A DNA stretch of 64,000 bases from Octopus bimaculoides (taxonomy: Eukaryota). Position 1 is the stretch's first letter. Each line of letters starts with the position of its first letter. The notes under the pieces were generated by a model. It had not been told where the DNA came from. It saw only the letters and a program-made list of their open reading frames with translations, and made no database searches. Positions 1 through 11,705 of the stretch are shown here, one piece after another. The position numbers were made by a program, and so were the translations under genes. The stretch spans positions 87,395,069-87,459,068 of the forward strand of contig NC_068981.1 of the NCBI RefSeq assembly GCF_001194135.2, read 5' to 3'.

Positions 1-146
1 TATATACATATATATATAGTCATGTTTAAGGCATAGGCAAACTAGGCAAAAGATTGGGTACCTCAAGGGCCTTGGGTCCCAATTCTGATCTATGTACGTT
101 ATTACTTGCTGTCAATAAATATATATACCATTGGGCCTGATGGCAG

Positions 147-195
<49 letters not shown>

Positions 196-544
196 CATGT
201 GTACAAAATTATCACTGCTCAATTTTCATGTGTGAGTGCACACACAACCCTTAAATACCTACATGCAATCATGCATGAAAATATTTTACTTAGGCCAGAA
301 CAAAATTCTTTAACCTAAATTTTGACCGAGTTTTGCCACCTGACTTTGTTGACCTGTCAGTGACAAAATATATCAGCCAACTATAAAACAATGCGTAATT
401 GTAACTTTTAAGCAGAAACATAGAGACTGACTCTCAGTGGTAGACAGAAAAGAAAAGATACTATTTCTGTACCATTTTATTTCATTTCCTTAGGAAAACT
501 CAGTGATCTTTTATAGCTGTGTGCAAATAAACAACCCTTTTAAA

Positions 545-830
545 CAACAATCAGCAGAGGGCTGTGGCCTCACGGGTACCACCTTTTGTGTGATTGGTTT
601 TATTTCACAGGCATTTCCCAGCTTTCTTTCCGGGACTATTTCTGATGAAGTAGTAAGTTGGTGAGACCTGCTCTTTTGTGTTTCCTGCTGCAATGTGGGT
701 TCATCTGGCACCTCAAACAAAAGTTTGTCCAAATGTTCTTAGGAAACATCCACATCTACACCACACAGATCTCTGAGATTGTTTGGTAGAGTGTTGAAAA
801 GTTATGGGGGGGCAGGGCTATGAAACCTAA
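545..830 (-). mobile_element. CR1/Jockey-like LINE, 3' RT fragment (decayed)
   Basis: Minus-strand translation across one frameshift gives LFNTLPNNLRDLCGVDVDV / DKLLFEVPDEPTLQQETQ, typical of the C-terminal tail of invertebrate CR1-type RT. Confidence 0.65.
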
Positions 831-3001
831 GCTATTACAGTACTATGTCATTACTCATGGGGAAGAGGATAGCATCTTAGGTACATTGCAGTGGCGTCCT
901 GTTTGGTGGTTGGTTAGCTTTCACTTCCAAGGTTGGAAGCTAGACTTTCCAGGATTATACACGTGCAAACACACACACACACACACTCACACACAATGAA
1001 AAATACTGAGAAAAGTGAGAAAATGCGTCATTGAAAAGGCTGCAAGACGCAACGAAAATTTTAGGAAAATAAAAATAAGAAATAAGTGGAAATTTTACCG
1101 GGGAGTGTGTTAAATTTTAAGGCACAATAAGAAAATGTCTCTCCCCAGACACAACAGAATATGCTTCAACACACGAAATCACATAAAAAATCTTGCAAAC
1201 CAAATCCAAATCGTATGTATGTATGTGTATATGTTTGTGTGTCTGTGTTTTCTCCCCAACATCGCTTGACAACCGATGCTGGTGTGTTTACGTTNNNNNN
1301 NNNNNNNNNNNNNNNNNNNNNNNNNNNNNNNNNNNNNNNNNNNNNNNNNNNNNNNNNNNNNNNNNNNNNNNNNNNNNNNNNNNNNNNNNNNNNNNNNNNN
1401 NNNNNNNNNNNNNNNNNNNNNNNNNNNNNNNNNNNNNNNNNNNNNNNNNNNNNNNNNNNNNNNNNNNNNNNNNNNNNNNNNNNNNNNNNNNNNNNNNNNN
1501 NNNNNNNNNNNNNNNNNNNNNNNNNNNNNNNNNNNNNNNNNNNNNNNNNNNNNNNNNNNNNNNNNNNNNNNNNNNNNNNNNNNNNNNNNNNNNNNNNNNN
1601 NNNNNNNNNNNNNNNNNNNNNNNNNNNNNNNNNNNNNNNNNNNNNNNNNNNNNNNNNNNNNNNNNNNNNNNNNNNNNNNNNNNNNNNNNNNNNNNNNNNN
1701 NNNNNNNNNNNNNNNNNNNNNNNNNNNNNNNNNNNNNNNNNNNNNNNNNNNNNNNNNNNNNNNNNNNNNNNNNNNNNNNNNNCCCATGGACCGCAAATTA
1801 AATTTGTATACACAAATTAAATCTTGCCATGGAGGAATGTTGTGGCGGACAAAAAACAAGACAGGAAAACAAACAGAAAAGGCTTTACGGCCAGACGAGA
1901 AAAATTGTTTGTGTGTGAACGCTGTGAGGCACGAACTTGAAAGTAGGGACGAAATGGTTCGTGTGTTGGCTCGGCGACAGCCAAGGGAGAAAAGGATTAT
2001 TGACCGGAAGCATGTGACCATGCCGGTGTAAGGGGAAGAGAGAGAGTGGCAGAGAGAGAGAAACAAAGGGAGGAAGTAGAAGAATAGGTGAGCAACGAGA
2101 GGAAAAGAGAAAGAGAGGAAGTACGAGGGGGGAAAAAGAGATATATACACACATATATATTTATAGATATATATACATATATCTGATGATAAGTCGCATA
2201 GCATTACATTTAATTTCTTTTTATATATACACCTTCACATAGACCTACACATGTTTTTACTGCATCGATTAGTAACCGTTGTAATTGCAACCCTACCATA
2301 ATACCGGTGCAGTTACTAAGTTAGCTTCACAGCCATGTGATTTTGGGTTTGGTCCCACTGCGTGGCACCTTGGGCAAGAATGTCCCTGGACCGATTAATG
2401 TCTTGTAAGTGAATTTGAGATGGAAACTGTGGAGAAACTCATTGGGTTTATATATACATAAATATATATATATACACACACTCACACACACACACATAAT
2501 ATTCAAAACAGTTTGATTCGGATTCCGTGCTACTTCAAGTTTCGTAGGCACCTGTCTCCTCAGGCTCGTGGGATAGCCGACTAAATGGAATGGTACAGGA
2601 AGTCCAAAATGGCTACCAGGAGATAGGCTGCAATTGGTTAAGAGGGGCCACATGATATCGAGAAAGAGAGAGAGAGAGAAGATGACTACTCCGAAATGTG
2701 TGCATCCACCAGTCTAGTTAGGGGCCGCTTGATATGTTTATGCCTGTCTATGCACAACGAGAAATTTACTCCTTGACAAAATACAGTGAATGGCTTTCTA
2801 TGCCCCAAGTTTATTTGAACAGCGGTGTAAAGAAATTTGAACGAAACTCATGAAAAAGCAGTCGGAAAAGTGAGGTTAGCTTTTAATCCCTTTGTTCAAT
2901 TTTAACCATTGTCCTGCACATCAGTAATCAAATGGCAACTGTCTACTCCAATTTTTTGTATGTGTGATAGTGGAATGAATAAAAGGTAATGGGCTATGAG
3001 T

Positions 3002-3672
3002 GGAGGCGCAATGGCCCAGTGGTTAGGGTAGCGGACTCGCGGTAATAGGATCGCGGTTTCGATTCCCAGACCGGGCGTTGTGAGTGTTTATTGAGCGAAA
3101 ACACCTAAAGCTCCACGAGGCTCCAGCGAACCCTGCTGTACTCTTTCACCACAACTTTCTCTCACTCTTACTTCCTGTTTCTGTTGTGCCTGTAATTCAA
3201 AGGGTTAGCCTTGCCACACTGTGTCACGCTGAATATCCCCGAGAACTACGTTAAGGGTACATGTGTCTGTGGAGTGCTCAGCCACTTGCACGTTAATTTC
3301 ACGAGCAGGCTGTTCCGTTGATCGGATCAACTGGAACCCTCGACNNNNNNNNNNTTCGATTCCCAGACCGGGCGTTGTGAGTGTTTATTGAGCGAAAACA
3401 CCTAAAGCTCCACGAGGCTCCAGCGAACCCTGCTGTACTCTTTCACCACAACTTTCTCTCACTCTTACTTCCTGTTTCTGTTGTGCCTGTAATTCAAAGG
3501 GTTAGCCTTGCCACACTGTGTCACGCTGAATATCCCCGAGAACTACGTTAAGGGTACATGTGTCTGTGGAGTGCTCAGCCACTTGCACGTTAATTTCACG
3601 AGCAGGCTGTTCCGTTGATCGGATCAACTGGAACCCTCGACGTCGTAAGCGACGGAGTGCCAACAACAACAA
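3002..3672 (+). mobile_element. tRNA-derived SINE, family A (length inflated by assembly duplication)
   Basis: A-box-like TGGCCCAGTGG, B-box-like GGTTTCGATTCCC and a (CAA)n tail. Close copies at 40964-41248 and 55251-55622. Confidence 0.9.
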
Positions 3673-4257
3673 TGGGCTATGATGTGAACAGGATAAGGGA
3701 GGAAGAGAAAAAGAAAGATAGGGTAGGGTATATGTGGCCGCGTATATGTAGGGTGATATTAGCGCAGAGGGAAGAACCAACCCTTACTGTTAGAACTGAA
3801 CTAATTAGTTAACTAAGATATATTTCCAATCGTGAGAACAAGGAGAATTATTTCACCTTTAGAGTTTAGGTACGTCTCTATTTTTTTTTCAGCCAGGACT
3901 TTCGTTCCAGATTTTAATATCCTTGATATTAAAATCTAATGTGGTGGCTTCTGGCTTCACAGTTATAAAGAGAGGAAGGTAGACATTTCCTCTCAGATAT
4001 GTTTAAGAATTGTTAAATTACCTTTCCACACATAGATGTCTCTTCAACACGAAACTGTTCGCTAACATGAATTCGATAAATTTATCATATTATTTAAATA
4101 ATACACATATGTGCGCGTATGTGTGCGTTTGTGTATGTGTGTGTGCATGTGTGTGTGTGTATGTGTGTTTTGGTGAGCATGTAAGCTAAAAAATTCACTT
4201 ATTGTTACTCTGGGTTTCAAGTTCCGACCCAGGCGGTAGTGAAGGAGAGAATAAAGT

Positions 4258-4480
4258 AAGCCGAGTTGGCAGAAACGTTAACACGCCGGGCGAAATGCTT
4301 AGCGGTATTTCGTCTGCCGCCGTTACATTCTGAGTTCAAATTCCGCAGAAGTCGACTTTGCCTTTCATCCTTTAAGTACCAGTTACGCACTGGGTCGATA
4401 TAATCCCTTTGTCTGTCCTTGTTTGTCCCCTTTATGTTTAGCCCCTTGTGGGCAATAAAGAAATAAGAATAAAGTAAGCC
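4258..4480 (+). mobile_element. SINE family B copy
   Basis: Carries the GAGTTCAAATTCCGC..GTCGACTTTGCCTTTCATCC core that recurs about 20 times in this window. Confidence 0.8.
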
Positions 4481-5479
4481 AATATATATTACATAGCAGA
4501 AAGTACACGAAATAATTTCAAAAACAAATACTAGGAATATTTTAATGCGATGTGAGTTTCAATGTGTTTTGTGTGTGTGTGTGNNNNNNNNNNNNNNNNN
4601 NNNNNNNNNNNNNNNNNNNNNNNNNNNNNNNNNNNNNNNNNNNNNNNNNNNNNNNNNNNNNNNNNNNNNNNNNNNNNNNNNNNNNNNNNNNNNNNNNNNN
4701 NNNNNNNNNNNNNNNNNNNNNNNNNNNNNNNNNNNNNNNNNNNNNNNNNNNNNNNNNNNNNNNNNNNNNNNNNNNNNNNNNNNNNNNNNNNNNNNNNNNN
4801 NNNNNNNNNNNNNNNNNNNNNNNNNNNNNNNNNNNNNNNNNNNNNNNNNNNNNNNNNNNNNNNNNNNNNNNNNNNNNNNNNNNNNNNNNNNNNNNNNNNN
4901 NNNNNNNNNNNNNNNNNNNNNNNNNNNNNNNNNNNNNNNNNNNNNNNNNNNNNNNNNNNNNNNNNNNNNNNNNNNNNNNNNNNNNNNNNNNNNNNNNNNN
5001 NNNNNNNNNNNNNNNNNNNNNNNNNNNNNNNNNNNNNNNNNNNNNNNNNNNNNNNNNNNNNNNNNNNNNNNNNNNNNNNNNNNNNNNNNNNNNNNNNNNN
5101 NNNNNNNNNNNNNNNNNNNNNNNNNNNNNNNNNNNNNNNNNNNNNNNNNNNNNNNNNNNNNNNNNNNNNNNNNNNNNNNNNNNNNNNNNNNNNNNNNNNN
5201 NNNNNNNNNNNNNNNNNNNNNNNNNNNNNNNNNNNNNNNNNNNNNNNNNNNNNNNNNNNNNNNNNNNNNNNNNNNNNNNNNNNNNNNNNNNNNNNNNNNN
5301 NNNNNNNNNNNNNNNNNNNNNNNNNNNNNNNNNNNNNNNNNNNNNNNNNNNNNNNNNNNNNNNNNNNNNNNNACCCCAATTTTTCAATTTTCACTTTTTT
5401 CAATCTCCGTATTTTTCTACGTGTTTTGCAGAAACAAATTTCTGAAAAAAAGGGAAAATTGAAGAATTTGGGGGATCCT

Positions 5480-5760
5480 GTAAAATTTGATTATATTTCT
5501 TATATCTAGTGTTCTAATTATGATATTATTGGAGGTATTTTTATTTTCATGCCACACGTCCTGGTTATTCCAATTTCAAGATCTTTGACAGTTTCTCCTC
5601 TTTTGAGACAATATTTTGATGAAAAGAAATAGAAATGTATAGCAGGACAGGAATTTTCATTCTTTATTATATCTGGGAAGTTTGCATTGATCTCTTTGTC
5701 AGTCTTGACAAACATATCCCAAATGAATGTGGCCAAACGGTTGTCCTTTAACGTGTTAAT
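5480..5760 (-). mobile_element. R4/Dong-like non-LTR retrotransposon, RLE endonuclease fragment
   Basis: FIWDMFVKTDKEINANFPDII...KDLEIGITRTCGMKIKIPPII matches the degenerate R-PD..D..K restriction-like endonuclease region. Confidence 0.7.
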
Positions 5761-6589
5761 GTATATTTATGCCACTTCTTAACTTTTCACATCGATATGG
5801 ATATATAGCCCAGTGGACGTAGCAGTAGAATTTATTGTGTCACTAAATAAACACATACTTAACAACAACTGAGTAGTTAGAGATGATATGGTCAACAGTC
5901 TCACTGTACTGGTTGCAGTCTGCATTTAGTTGCTTGTGGCTAAGCATTGGTCTTCAGTTTTCACTTTTAGCCCAGAGTTTTTGAGTCGTTATTGGCTTTT
6001 GCTGTGGATTTTTTCCCTCTCTGTTGAAACTTGTGAGAAAGTGCTGGTCATAGAATATTTGTTAATTTTCGCTTTTGTCATTCTCACTATTTTTGTTCAG
6101 TGTATTTTAAAATTCAATTTTAATCTTTTCTGTCATTTTGTTTTTATCTAAGTCTTTTTTATTCGGTAATTAATTTCGAGTTTTTGCTTTATTGTTTCTG
6201 CTTTATTGCTTACTTATAGACAAAGAAAGGAACATTAGCTTTTGTTTATTTTTTTAATGGCACAAATCAATTTCCGTTTGCTTGCTTCCGATTATCTTTT
6301 ACTCCCATTGTTATCTTGTACTAGTTTTCTATATGTAACAGTCTCCACCGTCCTTGTATGCCGATTAAGTATGTTATAACCATATTAGTTTTGTAGGGTA
6401 GATTCCAAACGCTGTCAGTAGTTTCCTTTTTCTACGTCTAAAATTTTCAAGCTACTTAAATTCCAGTTTATTATGTTGAGATTGTAGTTTATAAATGTGA
6501 TGGCCAGCATATTTGCAGATTATATTATGTTACTTTATTTTTGTTATTTCTAACAATTACTTCAATTTTTAATATCAGATTGACTCTTC

Positions 6590-7570
6590 CGCTTCGGTCG
6601 ACTTAACTTTTCATCCTCGGTGTCGATAAAATAAGTACCAGTTGAGTACTAGGTGTAATCGACCTACCCTTTCCCCCGAAGCTGCTAGCTTTGAGCCAAA
6701 ATTTGAAACCGATATTAGATTGACTCTTTTACAATACACTTTTCTAAATTTCTTTTTCATTTCCCTGTGAGTTGTATTTTATCAGTTTCTTCTACTCCTT
6801 TAGTATGTACCGTTCTAGTATCATTTTCTAATTTTGATGCATGAGTATAATTTAATATTTCTGAGTTTTAGTTAACGTTTCTTTGATACATCTGTCTAAC
6901 CTACTGCTACACTTTTCTATGCCATGGCTATAGGAATGATCAATTTTTAGTCGGTTTTCCATTTGAGCACTGTTCCTTGCAAATCGTTTTAGACTTAATG
7001 AGGAGAAAATTTAGCTTTTCCATGACTTCTGTAACCGCTGCTGCTTTCATTCAACAGATTTGTTAATGAAGCCAGACTTAAGCAAAATACTAGCGGGATA
7101 CTTCTACTACTACTACTACTACAACATTTATCATTTTTAGTATTAAGGCGGTGAGCTGGCCGAATCGTTACTGCGCCAGAAAAATGCTTAGCAGCATTTC
7201 TTCCGGCTTTACATTCTGAGTTCAAATTCCACCGAAGTCGACTTTGGCTTTCATCTTTTCAGGATCAATAAAACGAGTACAAGTTGAGTTCCGGGGTCGA
7301 CATAATCGATTTACCCCTCCCACGAAATTTGAAACCACCATTATTATTATTATTATTAGTAGTAGTATAAATGCAGCGAACTGGCAGAATTTTCAGCAAT
7401 CCGGCAAAATGCTTAGCGGCATTTGGTCCGTCTTTACTTTCTCAGTTCAAATTCCACCGAGGTCGAACTTGCCTTTCATCTTTTTGGGGTCGATAAAATG
7501 AGTACCAGTTGGGCACTGGGGTTGATCTTCTCCTTAAATCGCTGGCCTTGTGCCAAAATTTGAAATTACT
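6590..7570 (+). mobile_element. cluster of three SINE family B copies
   Basis: Core motif at about 6590-6720, 7147-7330 and 7375-7570. Confidence 0.8.
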
Positions 7571-8000
7571 ATTATCGTTGTTATTATTTAAATTTGGCAT
7601 CAGAGAAGCCCACGACTGTCCCTCGCTGTTGAGTTTCTTTTTGCGGGAGAGGGTATTTTTACCGTTTGTTGTTGGTGATTTCGGCCGTCCTAATTTATTA
7701 TTCTATTATTTCTGGAGGTGACCAGGCAACTACTGAAAAGGTGACTTAGTGGGGTTTTGTTTGGGTTTTTTTTTGGGGGGGGTTGTGGTAAGGTGGTTTC
7801 ATGGGGCGGATAATATTGGTAAATGGGGTTTTATACACTGAAAATCTTGTGTTAAAGATTTTGGAAAAGATGATTTTGAAAATAGAAGCATTTTAAATTT
7901 GAAGGTGATTTAAAGTAGATAACATCATTGAAAGTCTAATTAATTGTGATATTCATCTGAGAGTGTATCTCTTATAAATATACAGAGTTAAAAATGTATA

Positions 8001-8859
8001 TACCAGGGGGTACCCAAAAGAAACCGGAATCTTGCAATATTATTTTATTCACTTAGTTTTACATGTTTACACTTTTATCGCCTTCAAAGTATTCTCCATT
8101 TGAAGCAATGATCGGTCCAGACGCGTTTTCCACTATTCGAAGCAGTGCTGGAACTCTTGCGAAGTGATGCCTTGCAACGCCTCCATCGTATTTTTCTTCA
8201 CCTCTTCCACATCTGCAAATTCCGTCATCGTTGAAAAAAGATCTGGATCAATTTCCAACTGTTCTTTCAGTTCACGACACACATTCAATTGTGACTGCTT
8301 TTGATCTTCCATGAGCAAGCAAGGCACAAATTTTGCTGCAACTCTTTTCATTCTCAATTCCTCGCTCAAAATTCGTGGGCGGGAGCTCCAAGACACACCA
8401 GTCATATCAAGTTCGTCAATTGTTTTGTGACGGCCCTCCAAGATCACTTCGTGAATTTTCATGATGTCTTCATTTGTTCGAGAGGTCGACGGTCGTCCTG
8501 AAAGAGGTCGATCTTCAAACGACAAGTGACCATTAATAAAGCGTGAAGACCACTCGTAAACTTGTGTTTTTCTCATGGCAGCGTCCTTGTAAGCTGTTTG
8601 AAGCATGACGATTGTTTTGGTCGCCATTTTCCCCAGCAATAAACAGAATTTCACCAAAGCACGCTGTTCCTTTATTTCAACCATCGCAAAAATCGACGAA
8701 CAGGGGAGAAGCATTGCAAAACAAAGACGCATCAAATGGCAGTGTGACCCGACTGGACAACACCATTCGGCAGACTGATGCCTGAAGATCGCATCAAGTG
8801 GTTCCTCGCAGCTTGTCCCACAGAGAACGCTTCTGGTTACTTTTGGGTACCCCCTCGTA
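8001..8859 (-). mobile_element. internally deleted mariner transposon with both TIRs
   Basis: TIRs TACCAGGGGGTACCCAAAAGAAACCGGAA and (rc) TACGAGGGGGTACCCAAAAGTAACCAGAA. TA TSD at 7999-8000 and 8860-8861. ORF 8133-8735 encodes the mariner HTH N-terminus joined to the C-terminal tail. Confidence 0.92.
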
Positions 8860-9529
8860 TATCAGTAGCAGGCAAAAATCGTCCTGCAACGGTGGTGGTA
8901 TTGCTAAATAGGCTTCGTCTGTAGCACGTATTCATTGGCAACCGCATGCTAAAATAATCTGCTGCTACTAATACAGTAAAGACTTATTTTTTCCACCCTG
9001 AAATAAAAGGTAAGAGTACAATTAAATGTTCAAAGCCTAATAATCTGAAATAGGCTGGGGTTTTTTTTTTTTTAATCTGAAAATTAGGGAAGGAGGCTGG
9101 TCGATTGCATCACCCCAATATTTGATTGGTAGTTCCTTTTAACTTTGGAGACATGAAAACAAAGTTTACTTTGGCAGGATATGAAATGAGATTGCAAAGA
9201 ACCATGAGAGGTATAAACATATTTCCTACATCCTAATGATTCTGCCAATCCAGCGTCCTAAAAACAACAGCAATGATTTCAAATTTTTCCACATGGGCAG
9301 CCATTTTGGGGGAGGGGATGAGTTGATTACATCAACCCCAGTTTTCAACTGGTACATATTTTATCGACCCCGAAAGATTGGAAGGCAAAGTTGATCTCGG
9401 CTGAATTTGAACTCAGAATGTAGCTACGGGCAAAATATCGCTAAGCAGTTCGTCCAGCTGCTAACGATTCTGCCAGCTCGCTACCTTATTATAAAATGTT
9501 TTCTATATTGACCACAAAGGTTTGCAAAA

Positions 9530-10930
9530 AGACCAAAGGCAGTTGGGGACGATACAACACAATGCTATGTGAGGTTGCATACAAGCGTGTAAGCAGTTAA
9601 ATAGTAGAAACAAAAAATTCAAACAAGAAGTAATTCCCCAAAAAGGGAGAGACTGCTCATGGAAACCCTGCAAAACCACGTTGACACTGACTACTAAAGC
9701 AAGAGCCTTCTTCCCATTCTCCTCCCTCTATCTACATGTGCATGCTCAGAGCAAGCCACTCACATCCACTTTTCAACGAATCTACTGGAAGGCAGTAAAT
9801 TCCAGTTTAAGTGAAACTTGAAAATGTTAATTAGAGCTTGACCAAAGAGGAAGGAGTCTGTCATCTTTTTTTCAGTCTGATCCACCACACAACCACTTCC
9901 GATTAGACTATCAACCAAAGAATACCTGTTCTTACCGGCCAAAGAAGGGTGGTGGATCAATCTTCACAATAGACTCAGCCGATAGCTGGATTCGTCCTAC
10001 ATACGAGAGCAGGTGTCCGACGTAATTTCAGCAATGCTCGAGCGCTGGATGAATGCATACAGAACAGTTTCATCACTCCCCGTGCATGTCACTTGGCCTG
10101 GCTGACAGCACTTCTATGTCTCTAGAATTTATTCCAAATAGACAATGCTCTCCTATAGCACTGCCAACCAGAGAGTTTTTCCAGAACACATCAGCCTATA
10201 TATTTTCGTCGACGCCCAGAGTCTCCCTAAAAATATTATCGTTGTTGCCCTCCACTAACACTCTCTGAAACACCAAAGTAGAACTTCCATCGACCACATT
10301 TCCTGACTGGCAGAGAGCAGTGAGTGCATGAGGCATTCTAGGTGCAAGGCACCCTGGCTCGGTTTATGCTTGATCTACAACTGCAGCTCCATCAAGGAAA
10401 TTCTGGGGATGTTGCAGCCACAATGTGAGTCTGAGCGTCATCTCCCACAGTAAGCTCAGTTCTCCACTCAGTAGATATTGACAATAAATGAAGCACCTGA
10501 CCGGTGAAATACGACTCTTCCACAGAGAAGAAGTACTCCAGTTCGGTGATACGGGATCAGGAGCAGGGTGTGATGGTCAGGTTGTAATATATAACGGGTG
10601 CGATGTGAGCATTCACTACCTCAGACTTTTCAGTGATAGCTTTTTCTCGGCCCATTTTCGGGTGAGATGGCCACTCTAATCATCATCTCATCACCAGTTC
10701 TTTTCGGCTGAGAGATCTGGACCAAGCCAAATTACGAGGAATTTAACTTGTCCATTCATCCTGTGCCCCACAACGCTGTTAGATGACATGGGCCTGCTTC
10801 TCCAGATGCCGAGCTGCAAGCCCACTGACTTTTTTGGGTTGATTCTTTTGTTCGTGCCACCGCACTCACTGCCTTGTAGTCTCTTAAAGCAGTGCCTATC
10901 ACCCTGATGTTCGATTCTATGTCAGTATTG
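9530..10930 (-). mobile_element. Tx1/L1-clade LINE, 3' portion of RT ORF (decayed)
   Basis: Minus-strand pieces such as IGTALRDYKAV, KLSLK, VVNAHIAPVIYY and QNFLDGAAV resemble the post-YADD region of Tx1/L1 RT. Many stops and frameshifts. Similar sequence at 63480-63900. Confidence 0.7.
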
Positions 10931-11580
10931 TTGCTACTGCTGCTGCTGTCGTTGTTGCTTGTGTTAAAAATGCTGACCTTACCATTGTCGTTACCATTGC
11001 CGTTATAGTTGTTGTTGTTGTTGTTACTGCTGTTGTTCTCATGTAAATGTTTTCTCGCGAAGCTGGTAGTGGTATGAGAGAATTTTCCTACTACCTCCTA
11101 ATAGTGAATCTGATAGTGAGACTTACTTTCACCAAAATTTCAAGCGAGAATCAATGACATTACTAACACCAGACTCTAAATACTCTGACTTCAAACGCCT
11201 CTAATAATATCTTTTTATAATAATGATTATTATTGGTTTCAAATTTTGGCACAAGGCCAGCAAGTTTGGAGGGAGGGACTAAGTCGATTACATCGACTCC
11301 AGTGCTCAACTTGTATTTATTTTATCAACCCTGAAAGGATGAGAGAAAAGTCGACCTCAGTGGAATTTGAACTCAGAACGTAGAGATGTACAAAATGCCG
11401 CTCAGCATTTTGCCTGATGTGATAATGATTCTGGAATGCATAACGTTACATATAAAACCCAAGAAAACTCATGTTAGTTTCTACCTTTATATAAATAAAT
11501 TAACAAATTTATTGCTCATAACATTAGATTTTTTTGTAAAAAACATGATAAAATCAAATTTCGAAGTAGACAAATCTTAC

Positions 11581-11705
11581 CGTTGAATTTCTTTCTTTTC
11601 ACCACCAAAAGCTACAACCGTTTTAATAGAACTAATTACTTCCTCAGTCATATCGCCAGCTTTTTCATATGCAAGGTTTTCTTTATAAGCCGAAATTTTT
11701 ACTAC
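11581..11705 (-). CDS. ABCB1: ABCB-like coding exon 6 (125 bp)
   Basis: TTAG|GTAGTA...CAACG|GTAAG; encodes VVKISAYKENLAYEKAGDMTEEVISSIKTVVAFGGEKKEIQR. Confidence 0.95.

Noticed and set aside
3002-3070. tRNA-like A and B boxes as tRNA genes (also at 46125 and 55251)
   Set aside because: They are SINE heads: no complete cloverleaf, and each is followed by a repeated SINE body.
3058-3641. Exact 287-bp tandem duplication inside a SINE
   Set aside because: The copies are identical and separated by a 10-N gap, so this is a contig-overlap artefact.
8950-8997. Strong minus-strand acceptor (TCTTACCTTTTATTTCAG) as a possible next ABCB exon
   Set aside because: In the required phase it gives VEKISLYCISSSRLF*, with no ABCB similarity. 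Without transcript data it is only a chance acceptor.
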